From an uncultured Gammaproteobacteria bacterium (lineage in GTDB: Bacteria > Patescibacteriota > Microgenomatia > Levybacterales > UBA12049): a DNA stretch of 64,000 nt. The notes beneath the pieces were generated by a model that did not search any database, was not told the origin of the DNA, and saw nothing but the letters and a program-made list of their open reading frames with translations. This document shows positions 27,466 to 36,696 of the stretch, piece by piece (the stretch's first letter is position 1; each line of letters opens with the position of its first letter). The position numbers were made by a program, and so were the translations under genes. The stretch lies in NCBI GenBank assembly GCA_964521295.1, contig CAZFRF010000001.1, positions 850,066 through 914,065 of the forward strand. Direction: 5' to 3'.

Positions 27466-28680
27466 ATGAAAAAGATAATTTTGTTTATTGGTGTTTTGTC
27501 TTTTATTCTGTGTTTAAGACTTATTATTTTTTATTCAAGTCTGAAGACATATCAAAATGCTGAGTATGTTAATTTTGAGACGCAAATAAGTTCACCAGTT
27601 AGGGAATATTCCGCATACCAAACTGTCTATGTAAGTCTTGATCCGGTTACGAAGGTGTTGATTAAAACGACTCTTGATAAAGATCTTAGTTATGGAAATA
27701 TGCTAAAAATCTCTGGCAATTTAGAAACTCGACTGCTAGACAATAATACCACTATTTTCACGCTAAATTATCCCAAAATTGAAGCTAATTTCCGTGAAAA
27801 TTATCTAAAATCCGCTAGAATCTATTTTATAAGACAACGAATAATTGATGTCTTTAATGCTAATTTGGATAAGAATTCAGCAGATTTAATGCTAGGAATA
27901 GTGTTTGGGATTAAGCAAGATTTAGATAAAGAGTTTGCCAAACAAATTCAAGCAGTTGGCTTAACGCATGTTATTGCTGCGTCGGGAATGAATGTAACAT
28001 TAGTGAGTGGTTTTTTATTTTATATTTTGTCTTATTTTCTCAAAAGACAGCGGGCAATTTTCGTGTCGGTTTTAGGTATATTGTTTTATGTATGCCTAGC
28101 TGGTTTTGAGCCGTCAATAGTTAGGGCAGCGATAATGGGAATTCTGGTTTTTAGTAGTCAAATTTTGGGAAGACAACAACTGAGTTTAATAACTCTTTTG
28201 TTAACTGGTTTTGTAATGTTGTTTATTTGGCCTGGGTTTTTGGTTAATATTGGCTTTCAGCTATCTTTCTTGTCGACTTTAGGAATAATGTATTTACCAG
28301 ATTTATTTAAAAGAATTAAAAATGGCTTTACAGAGGATTTGATAGTTACGCTCTCAGCGCAAATAGCCACATTGCCAATAATTTTATTTAATTTTGGGAA
28401 TTATTCGCTTTTTTCTTTAGCTTCAAATGTATTAGTCTTGTGGGTTGTGCCAATTTTGATGATTCTCGGGTTTATTGCGAGTATCTTTAGTTTTATTTTC
28501 CCTCCTATTGCAAGCTTAATTTTGTATCTTTCTTTACCTCTTTTATTGTATTTTCAAAAAATAGTGAGTATTTTTAGCTCTTTCGGAACAATTAATGGTT
28601 TAAATACTTTTCCTTGGCAGATAGTTGTAGCATATTATTTATTCTTAGCTTCGTTTCTGATATATAAATATAACAAATGA
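27466..28680 (+). CDS. comEC: ComEC/Rec2 membrane portion (DUF4131 OB-fold plus competence domain)
   Basis: Competence-domain motif 'GLTHVIAASGMNVTLVSGFLFYIL'. Multiple TM helices. No MBL domain in this ORF. Confidence 0.8.
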   Translation: MKKIILFIGVLSFILCLRLIIFYSSLKTYQNAEYVNFETQISSPVREYSAYQTVYVSLDPVTKVLIKTTLDKDLSYGNMLKISGNLETRLLDNNTTIFTLNYPKIEANFRENYLKSARIYFIRQRIIDVFNANLDKNSADLMLGIVFGIKQDLDKEFAKQIQAVGLTHVIAASGMNVTLVSGFLFYILSYFLKRQRAIFVSVLGILFYVCLAGFEPSIVRAAIMGILVFSSQILGRQQLSLITLLLTGFVMLFIWPGFLVNIGFQLSFLSTLGIMYLPDLFKRIKNGFTEDLIVTLSAQIATLPIILFNFGNYSLFSLASNVLVLWVVPILMILGFIASIFSFIFPPIASLILYLSLPLLLYFQKIVSIFSSFGTINGLNTFPWQIVVAYYLFLASFLIYKYNK

Positions 28681-29537
28681 AAAAAAATGTATTTACCCTT
28701 GGAGCCTTAATTATATTTTTTTTAGGCTTTTTCTCGGTTAATCTATATAAATTTAGCGATAATAATTTGCACGTTGTTATGTGTGATGTGGGGCAGGGAG
28801 ATGCAATCTTTATTCGTACGCCTTCTAAGTCAAATATTCTAATTGATGGAGGGCCAGATGATTCAGTTTTAGATTGTTTAAATAATAATTTGCCATTTTG
28901 GGATAAGAAAATTGATTTAATAATCTTGACACATCCGCATGCAGATCATCTTAACGGACTTAAGTATGTATTAGAAAGATATACTGTTTTACATTTTGTT
29001 ACAGAGAAAATTGAGAGTAAAAGTCAGGGATTTAAGAGTTTAGAGCCTAAATTAGCAGCAAAAAACTTAACTGCTAAGTATATTTATGCAGGAGATAAAA
29101 TAATTTTCACTAATAATCTAGTTTTCACAACCATGTGGCCTGATAAAGAATGGGTAGCAAGCCAGGAAGCAAGGTTAAATCCCAAGTTGGATTTTAATAA
29201 TACATCTCTAGTTGAGTTACTTACTTATGGCAATTTTAAGGCTTTATTTACTGGTGATGCAGGAGTTAAGATTGAGGATGGTATTGTTCAAAAAGTGGGC
29301 AAAATTAATCTGTTAAAAGTTCCGCACCATGGGTCTAGAACTGGAATGAGCGATTATTTCTTAAGCAGTGTTAGACCGGATTTGGCCTTAATTTCAGCTG
29401 GAAAAGGAAATAGTTATGGTCATCCTGCCAAATTTAGCCTTGATTTATTAAATAAACATAATATTAAGACACTTAGAACTGATATTGATGGAGAGATTGA
29501 AGTAGTGACCGATGGAAAAGATTATTGGCTAAATTAG
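28677..29537 (+). CDS. comEC: ComEC C-terminal metallo-beta-lactamase domain encoded as a separate ORF
   Basis: 'VVMCDVGQGDAIFIRTP...ILIDGGPD', 'ILTHPHADHLNGL', 'LKVPHHGSRTG'. Its ATG overlaps the upstream TGA (ATGA). Confidence 0.8.
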   Translation: MKKNVFTLGALIIFFLGFFSVNLYKFSDNNLHVVMCDVGQGDAIFIRTPSKSNILIDGGPDDSVLDCLNNNLPFWDKKIDLIILTHPHADHLNGLKYVLERYTVLHFVTEKIESKSQGFKSLEPKLAAKNLTAKYIYAGDKIIFTNNLVFTTMWPDKEWVASQEARLNPKLDFNNTSLVELLTYGNFKALFTGDAGVKIEDGIVQKVGKINLLKVPHHGSRTGMSDYFLSSVRPDLALISAGKGNSYGHPAKFSLDLLNKHNIKTLRTDIDGEIEVVTDGKDYWLN

Positions 29538-29878
29538 CGAGCTTTAGATTTAGCGGGTACTTTAGGATGTCTAAATTTAAACCTATCAGGATATCTTAAG
29601 CCTTGAATGATGCCTCCAATAGCAATTCCTTTAAGAATGGTTACATATTGAAGTCCTTCATAATTTAAGACAATTATGGCTGTAAGTAGGGTTAATACAA
29701 ACCAATGATGAATCCAATAGATTTTGCCTCTAGAGTGGATTTTAATATTAGGTAAGAGCTCAAGTCTCCAGATTCTAACCTGAGGAATCTTGTGCTTTTT
29801 CTTTTCAGGATGAGTGAAATAGAGAAAAAGAACGTATCCTACCCAAATTGAAAATAAAAATGTAAATAAACCCGTCAT
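29534..29878 (-). CDS. Small two-TM membrane protein, hypothetical
   Basis: ORF with two hydrophobic helices and basic loops. Overlaps the comEC-C stop by 4 bp. No recognisable family. Confidence 0.35.
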   Translation of the reverse strand: MTGLFTFLFSIWVGYVLFLYFTHPEKKKHKIPQVRIWRLELLPNIKIHSRGKIYWIHHWFVLTLLTAIIVLNYEGLQYVTILKGIAIGGIIQGLRYPDRFKFRHPKVPAKSKAR

Positions 29879-30000
29879 ATAGATTACTATATTTCAGTCT
29901 TATAGTACTTGATATATCATATCTTAAATAATAATACTTTGCAAGTGCAAGGGAATTGTTCATTTGAATGTGCTAAAATGAAAAAAAGCGCTAAAAACGT

Positions 30001-31599
30001 ATGGAAAAATTATACTCAATTTTACAACAATTAGCTTCAGAAATGGGTCAAAAAGACCTTGAATTTAAAGTAGAAATCCCTAAGGAAAAATCACATGGTG
30101 ATTTAAGCACAAATTTAGCCTTGGTAATGGCAAAAAAGCTAGGTAAAAACCCTATGGAAGTAGCAGAAGAAATTGCTGAAAAGCTCATGCCAGATGAGAG
30201 TTTTATCTCAGATATTCAGGTTGCCACGCCTGGTTTTGTTAATTTCTATTTTTCTCATAAATATCTAGAGGATAATTTGCGAAAAATACTTAATTTAGCT
30301 TCAGAATATGGATCTTTAAAGGTGGGATTAGGCAAAAAAGCTAGCGTTGAATATGTGTCAGCAAATCCTACAGGGCCTTTGCACATCGGAAATGCTCGCG
30401 GAGGCCCAATTGGCGATGTTTTGGCAAATGTTCTAGCTAAGGCTGGTTACAGTGTCACAAGAGAGTATCTGCATAACAATGTTGGAGGTCAGATTGCTAA
30501 GCTTGGTGAATCGATCTATTTTGTTTTAAATCCAGCTCAAGTAACGCCTGAGATTCAAGTTCAATATCAGGGTGAGTATATTAAAGAACTAGCAAGTCTG
30601 GTTGAGGCTAAGATTGATAAAACTTTAGCAAAAGAGGAGTTTGTCCAAAAAGCCGGAGAAATAGCTGTTGAGCATATGTTAGCTGAGATTTTAGAGGATT
30701 GTAAGAAAATGGGAATTCAGTTTGACAAAGTTACCAATGAATCTGATTTAAGACTAGAGGTTCCACAAGCGCTTGATAAATTAAAGCCAAATCTTAAAGA
30801 GAATGAAGGAGCACTGTGGTTTGCTCCTAATGATGAATTCTTGAAAGATCGAGAAACTGTAGTTAGAAAATCTAATGGAGAATATACATATTTTTCTGCA
30901 GATATTGCCTATCATAACCAAAAAATGATGCATTACGATCTAGTTTTAAATATTTGGGGAAGTAATCATAGTGGTCACGTTCCTAGAATCCAAGCAGTGG
31001 TTAAAGCCTTAGGTTTTGATCCTGAAAAGCTTAAATTTATTCTTTACCAATGGGTTAGATTAAAAAGAGGAGAAGAAGTGGTGAAGATGAGTAAGCGTGC
31101 AGGAAATTTTGTAACTGCTAGAGAAGTATTAGATGAAGTTGGTAAAGATGCATTTAGATTTTTCCTGCTGATGCCTAGAAGTCAAACGCATATGGATTTT
31201 GATCTAGAATTAGCTAAGAAAAAAGCCAGTGATAATCCTGTGTATTATGTGCAGTACGCTTATACAAGAATTAGTAGCATATTTGCCAAAATTGAAGCTC
31301 CAGATTTAGCCGATGCTGATTTATCTTTACTTGCAAGTGATGAGGAAGTAGCTTTAATTAGACTTATTCTAGAATTTCCAACTCTGATTGAGCGCATTTT
31401 AGATACTTTCGAAGTTAATTCTTTAACTACCTATGCAATTGAAATAGCTAATTCCTTCCACAGATTCTATGAAAAGCATAGAGTTGTTTCAAATGATAGA
31501 GACATAACTAAAGCAAGGCTTGCATTGGCCAAGGCTACGCAGATAACTCTTAAAAACACCTTTGATTTATTGGGTGTAACAGCTTTAGAAAAGATGTAG
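30001..31599 (+). CDS. argS: Arginyl-tRNA synthetase
   Basis: 'SANPTGPLHIGNARGGPIGDVL' HIGH region. Overall ArgS layout. 532 aa. Confidence 0.95.
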   Translation: MEKLYSILQQLASEMGQKDLEFKVEIPKEKSHGDLSTNLALVMAKKLGKNPMEVAEEIAEKLMPDESFISDIQVATPGFVNFYFSHKYLEDNLRKILNLASEYGSLKVGLGKKASVEYVSANPTGPLHIGNARGGPIGDVLANVLAKAGYSVTREYLHNNVGGQIAKLGESIYFVLNPAQVTPEIQVQYQGEYIKELASLVEAKIDKTLAKEEFVQKAGEIAVEHMLAEILEDCKKMGIQFDKVTNESDLRLEVPQALDKLKPNLKENEGALWFAPNDEFLKDRETVVRKSNGEYTYFSADIAYHNQKMMHYDLVLNIWGSNHSGHVPRIQAVVKALGFDPEKLKFILYQWVRLKRGEEVVKMSKRAGNFVTAREVLDEVGKDAFRFFLLMPRSQTHMDFDLELAKKKASDNPVYYVQYAYTRISSIFAKIEAPDLADADLSLLASDEEVALIRLILEFPTLIERILDTFEVNSLTTYAIEIANSFHRFYEKHRVVSNDRDITKARLALAKATQITLKNTFDLLGVTALEKM

Positions 31600-31601
31600 T
31601 C

Positions 31602-31632
31602 TTGACAACCTCTTCTTCTTTCTGCAGAATAT
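31602..31632 (+). promoter_or_regulatory. Duplicated promoter/5'-UTR block (TTGACA-containing) upstream of both GH26-like paralogs; second copy at 34108-34138
   Basis: 'cttgacaacc...tttctgcagaatatctttaagtggcaaagatcttaag' occurs near-identically before both GTG starts. Confidence 0.5.
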
Positions 31633-31638
31633 CTTTAA

Positions 31639-34086
31639 GTGGCAAAGATCTTAAGTTTTGACAGTGGTCAGTTTGTTAAGTACCCCTTATTTAATAGGTT
31701 TAAAGATTGGTGGGATATTCAAGATAAGTTTATTAAGCTAACTCTAGTTACCATTGTTCTTCTGGCTATTTCTACTCCTGTTATCGTTACCACCTATCTT
31801 ACTCTTAGACAGGAGGCAAGTAATGCTAATAAGAAAATCTTTTTAGGAATTAATAATGGCAAAGCTGATGTTGGCAAGGATTTAGGCTGGATTCAGGCTG
31901 ATTTAGAAAGTATAAAAAATAGTACTGGTGCTTATCCTGCTGTATATGTATTGTGGGCTAACTTTGAAAGTAATCCACCAAAAATTGAAGTCTTAAACTA
32001 TTTAGATTCTAAGGGTATTACTCCAATGCTAGCTTTGATGCCGCGAGGTCGTGATGGGACTGAAAATAGAAGAGATGGCAGGTTTATTTTAAGCGAATCA
32101 AGCACAAGTGACGTCGTTGACTTAGGCAAGATAAAATTTGATAGCCTAGATCCTGCGACAATAACTAAGATCTATGTAAGTAAAGAGTCTTCTATAGTAT
32201 CAGAAGATCCCTCAGTAAATCTTGAGCCTAGTTGGGTAGTTGGTGAAAAAATTGAAGTTTTTGGTACAAATCCTAAGGGTAAAGTTGATTATGATAGTGG
32301 TAATAACTTTCAATTTGAAATTACTGGAAAAACTGATACTCCTACTAATTGGATTTTGTCAGTAAAGCCATTAAAAACAACTCCTTTCAAGGATCAGTTC
32401 AAGTTTAATGAGCCTGTATTTATTACGCCTTCTACTTATTTTATTAAAAACTATGGTAACGCTAAGATTGCAAATGGATCGATGGATGGTAAATTTAGAG
32501 AAATCGCTCAAGTTGCAGCTCAATTTAATAAAACAATAGTTTTAAGATATGCACAGGAGATGAATGCAGATTATTATACTTGGACAGATGAGCATAAGAG
32601 CGCAAAAGATGAAAAATACGAAAGATATAAGTTTCACGATTTCGGTAATAAAAAAGGTGATTTTATAGATTCATGGCGCCATATATATGATTTAATTAAG
32701 CCAATAGCTCCAAATATGTTATTCTTCTGGAATCCTCACAATACTGCAACTGCGAAGTATGTTGATTATTTTCCTAAAGATAAATATGTTGATTTTGTAG
32801 GAATTGATGTTTATAGTGGATCAAAAAGACAGGATTATAAATCGTTGGAAGAGGCTTCAAGAAATGCGTTACAAGAATTAAGATCAATTTCAGACAAGCC
32901 TATTATTATTGGAGAAACAGGAATAAACTCAACTCATTCAAGCGGAGTAAGTGGCAATTTTGCTAATTATAGAAAGAATTGGTTAAGAGATGGTTATTAT
33001 TTCTTGGCTAACGAGCCAAAAGTAAAGGGAGTTTTATATTTCAATGTTAATATGGGTGATACGATTTATGGTGGTCAGAAGGAAAATAATTGGCTTTTAA
33101 GTGACCCCACTGACCCTGGTTTTCCAGAGATTGCGTCTACTTATAGAACGTTGCTTTTGGATCCAAGGTTTCAAGGTAAGTTAAGATCTGGTGGAGGAGA
33201 CGATTCCGAACCACCAACTGTTACCATAACTCCTTTTCCTACTTCCGATGCTGATCCAAAAGGATATCACGATTATTCTTCATGTGTAATCTCAAGTGGT
33301 TGGTCCTGTGATCTTGATGGTTATCAGCAGGCTTTGAATATGGAATTTTATGCAGATAATCCTAAAGGTTCAGGAGGAATTTTACTCGGCAATGCTAATG
33401 CAAATTTAGTCAGAGAGCAAGCGGTAGGTGGACAGTGTGGGGGGAACAGCTCTCATGGCTTTAATTTTGCAACTCCAGCAACTCTTAGCGATGGTAGGCC
33501 TCACAAGATCTACGCATATGCAACTAATATTGGTGACGGTAAAACTATTTTATTAAAAGGTAGTCCAAAAACTATTACCTGTGGAGCCGGTGGAACATCT
33601 ATTTATACCAGCAATGTCTTGCCACTTAATGATTCATATACAGCTTCTAATCAACCATCTCAAAATTATGGAAGAGGCATCTATCTAAAAGCAGATGCGT
33701 CTCCTTTAAGCGTTACTTATCTTAAATTTGATACTAGTGGGTATAAGGATAAAACCATAAAATCAGTATTTTTAGAATTAACTGTTTCGAAATTAGAAGA
33801 TGCAGATTCTGCATTAGCCAAGGGATTGGATGCTAGAGCAATATCTAACTCTTGGACTGATATAAAGATTACGCATAACAATCATCCAATTTATGGAAAT
33901 ATTATTCAAACACACAAGGGAACTGTGAGAAATGGCGACAAAGTGAAGTTGGACATAACAGATTATATTAAGTCTAATTTAGGAGTGGTTTCATTAGCCT
34001 TAGTAAATAGAGGCTCAGACGGAGTAATCTTTAATTCTATGGAATCTACAGGAGCTAAGCCCAAGTTAATTATTACCTACCAATAA
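31639..34086 (+). CDS. Membrane-anchored glycoside hydrolase-like protein: N-terminal TM, GH26-like (clan GH-A) domain, Cys-containing middle domain, C-terminal DNRLRE-like/CBM-like domain; paralog 1
   Basis: GTG start. TM 'LTLVTIVLLAISTPVIVTTYL'. 'LRYAQEMNADYYTWTD' and 'IIIGETGINS' resemble GH26 acid/base and nucleophile regions. C-terminus 'DSYTASNQPSQNYGRGIYLKADASPLSVTYLKFDTSG...VFLELTV'. Confidence 0.55.
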   Translation: MAKILSFDSGQFVKYPLFNRFKDWWDIQDKFIKLTLVTIVLLAISTPVIVTTYLTLRQEASNANKKIFLGINNGKADVGKDLGWIQADLESIKNSTGAYPAVYVLWANFESNPPKIEVLNYLDSKGITPMLALMPRGRDGTENRRDGRFILSESSTSDVVDLGKIKFDSLDPATITKIYVSKESSIVSEDPSVNLEPSWVVGEKIEVFGTNPKGKVDYDSGNNFQFEITGKTDTPTNWILSVKPLKTTPFKDQFKFNEPVFITPSTYFIKNYGNAKIANGSMDGKFREIAQVAAQFNKTIVLRYAQEMNADYYTWTDEHKSAKDEKYERYKFHDFGNKKGDFIDSWRHIYDLIKPIAPNMLFFWNPHNTATAKYVDYFPKDKYVDFVGIDVYSGSKRQDYKSLEEASRNALQELRSISDKPIIIGETGINSTHSSGVSGNFANYRKNWLRDGYYFLANEPKVKGVLYFNVNMGDTIYGGQKENNWLLSDPTDPGFPEIASTYRTLLLDPRFQGKLRSGGGDDSEPPTVTITPFPTSDADPKGYHDYSSCVISSGWSCDLDGYQQALNMEFYADNPKGSGGILLGNANANLVREQAVGGQCGGNSSHGFNFATPATLSDGRPHKIYAYATNIGDGKTILLKGSPKTITCGAGGTSIYTSNVLPLNDSYTASNQPSQNYGRGIYLKADASPLSVTYLKFDTSGYKDKTIKSVFLELTVSKLEDADSALAKGLDARAISNSWTDIKITHNNHPIYGNIIQTHKGTVRNGDKVKLDITDYIKSNLGVVSLALVNRGSDGVIFNSMESTGAKPKLIITYQ

Positions 34087-34144
34087 ATCTAATGCTTACC
34101 TAAAGTCTTGACAACCTATTTTTCTTTCTGCAGAATATCTTTAA

Positions 34145-36658
34145 GTGGCAAAGATCTTAAGTTTTGACAGTGGTCAGTTTGTTAAGTACCCCTTATTTAA
34201 TAGGTTTAAAGATTGGTGGGATATTCAAGATAAGTTTATTAAGCTAACTCTAGTTACCATTGTTCTTCTGGCTATTTCTACTCCTGTTATTGTTACTTCC
34301 TATCTTACTCTTAGACAGGAGGCAAGTGATGGGAATAGAAAGGTATTTATTGGTATGGCTGATGCAATCTCGCAAGGCCCAATTGGCGGTGGTCATCAAA
34401 ACGATTTGACTTATGTTACCGCTGATGTTGAAAATATTAAAAATCTAACAGGGGTGTATCCAGCAGTATATTCTATTTTTATAAATGTAGATACGCCTGT
34501 TGTAAATTTAGAACTCTTACGATATTTAGATTCAAAGGGTATTGCTCCAGTAATTAACTTGTTGCCTGTTGGATCTCCCATGGAAAGAAGAGATGGAAGA
34601 TTTAAACTTTCTTCTGATACTACAGATCCAGTATCAAATTTAGTAGCGCAGGAAGTTAGGTTTAATAGCTTAGTTCCATCAGCGATTACAAAAATATGGG
34701 TTAGTAAAACATATTTCGATACTCCGGATAAGAGAGTTTCCGGCGGATTGAAGGAACTAGTAAAAACTTGGGAACCTGGATCAACTTTTTCCATGATTGG
34801 CTCTAAAGAAAATGAAAATGCAGATTATGAAAATTCTAATAAATTTGAATTTGTTGTTGTAAATAAAGTAGAGAAGGCTAATTTTTGGGAAATTGAGGTA
34901 AGTGTTAAAAGACAAGGAAGTTTTGATGGTGTGTTTAGTGCTGCAAAGCCAGTCTTTCTCACTATGGCAGATACCTATGGCAAGGAGTGGGGGAATCAAA
35001 GAATATCAGAAGGTAGTTTAGATGATAAATTTAAGCAGTTTGGGGAAGTTGCTAAGCAATTTGGTAAGCCAATTTTGCTTCGTTATGCATTTGAAATGAA
35101 TGGGGATTGGTTTCCCTGGTCAGCAGGGGCAAGAGATCACAGAGTGCCTCCATATAAAACACTTAGGTATTTTGACATGAATAATACAGAGGCTAATTAT
35201 AAATCAGCTTGGAGGCATGTTTACAAAGTTATCAAAGGAGATCCTAATCAAGTAAATGCTCAAAATGTATATTTCTTCTGGTGCGCTACGGACAAATCTT
35301 CATCTGAAGGATATTTGAGGCAATATTTTCCGGGCGATGATTTTGTCGATTTTGTTGGTTTCGATGTTTATAGTGGAATTGGTGGTAGTAATCACGCATC
35401 AGTTCAGACATTGATTGATGCACCCATGAGACGTTTAATGAATATTTCTTCAAAAAATTTAGTAATTGGTGAAATGGGAATAAATTCTGATAATAAGCAA
35501 ATTCCTGCCGATCAGTTCCCAGACTATAGAAGAAGGTGGTTATTAGAAGGATATTCCTATCTTTACGAAGCTTTTCCAAGAATGAGGGGAATAATTTATT
35601 TTAATCTCGATGTTCGTGATGTTGAGCGAAACAATAACTGGTTGATCTCTAATGGTTTTTCTCATAAGCCTAGTCCAGATGCGATTCCCGAAGTGCTTAC
35701 ACAATATAAAACCTTACTTGCAGATCCTAGGTTTCAAGGCAAGCTTACCCCCGGTCAGGCTAATGGGGGACCAGATACTCCAACCGTGACAATTGCACCA
35801 AATCCAAGCTCCGGCTTAAGCCCAGTTGGATTTCATGATGTATCTACCTGCGTTGTGTCTGGTGGTTGGGCGTGTGATAAGGATAACTACTCTCAGGCCC
35901 TGAATATTGAATTTTATGCAGATAATCCCAAAGGTTCAGGTGGGGTATATTTGGGCAATACTAATGCTAATTTGGTTAGAGAGCAGGCGGTAGGTGCACA
36001 GTGTGGAGGCAATCGTTCTCATGGTTTTAATTTTGCAACTCCAGCAACTCTTAGCGATGGTAAGCCTCACAAGATCTACGCATATGCAACCAATATTGGA
36101 GAAGGAAAAACAAGAATTCTCAATAATAGCCCAAAGACAATTACTTGTGGTAACGTAGGTCAGCTTGGTACATATACCGCAAATCTTTTACCCCTTGAAG
36201 ATTCATATACAGCTTCTGGTCATCCGACGCAAAATTATGGCAGAAGCATCTATCTAAAAGCTGATGCATCTCCTTTAAACGTGACTTATCTTAAATTTGA
36301 CACAACTACATATAAAACTAAGAAAATTAAAAAAGCTATAATCGAATTAACGGTTTCTACTCTTGAAGATGCTAAATCTGCATTAGGAAAAGGATTAGAT
36401 GCTAGAGTAGTATCAAGTTCTTGGAAGGATATAACCATTACTCACAATAGCCATCCTTTATATGGTAACGTTATACAAACTCATACTGGGGCTGTGGTAA
36501 CCGGAAATAAAGTTACACTTGATATAACAGATTATATTAAATCTAATTTAGGCGTAGTTTCGTTGGCTTTAGTAAACAAAGGCTCAGATGGAGTGGTCTT
36601 TAATTCTATTGAAGCTACGGCAAATAAGCCAAAGTTAATTATTACCTACGAAAATTAA
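34145..36658 (+). CDS. Paralog 2 of the membrane-anchored GH26-like/DNRLRE-like protein
   Basis: The first ~51 aa are identical to paralog 1. 'LRYAFEMNGDWFPWSAG', 'LVIGEMGINSD'. Conserved 'FYADNPKGSGG...REQAVG.QCGGN.SHGFNFATPATLSDG.PHKIYAYATNIG'. Confidence 0.55.
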   Translation: MAKILSFDSGQFVKYPLFNRFKDWWDIQDKFIKLTLVTIVLLAISTPVIVTSYLTLRQEASDGNRKVFIGMADAISQGPIGGGHQNDLTYVTADVENIKNLTGVYPAVYSIFINVDTPVVNLELLRYLDSKGIAPVINLLPVGSPMERRDGRFKLSSDTTDPVSNLVAQEVRFNSLVPSAITKIWVSKTYFDTPDKRVSGGLKELVKTWEPGSTFSMIGSKENENADYENSNKFEFVVVNKVEKANFWEIEVSVKRQGSFDGVFSAAKPVFLTMADTYGKEWGNQRISEGSLDDKFKQFGEVAKQFGKPILLRYAFEMNGDWFPWSAGARDHRVPPYKTLRYFDMNNTEANYKSAWRHVYKVIKGDPNQVNAQNVYFFWCATDKSSSEGYLRQYFPGDDFVDFVGFDVYSGIGGSNHASVQTLIDAPMRRLMNISSKNLVIGEMGINSDNKQIPADQFPDYRRRWLLEGYSYLYEAFPRMRGIIYFNLDVRDVERNNNWLISNGFSHKPSPDAIPEVLTQYKTLLADPRFQGKLTPGQANGGPDTPTVTIAPNPSSGLSPVGFHDVSTCVVSGGWACDKDNYSQALNIEFYADNPKGSGGVYLGNTNANLVREQAVGAQCGGNRSHGFNFATPATLSDGKPHKIYAYATNIGEGKTRILNNSPKTITCGNVGQLGTYTANLLPLEDSYTASGHPTQNYGRSIYLKADASPLNVTYLKFDTTTYKTKKIKKAIIELTVSTLEDAKSALGKGLDARVVSSSWKDITITHNSHPLYGNVIQTHTGAVVTGNKVTLDITDYIKSNLGVVSLALVNKGSDGVVFNSIEATANKPKLIITYEN

Positions 36659-36696
36659 TGTTTTCATTGGTATAAAAACTTGCTATAATCTCCCTT

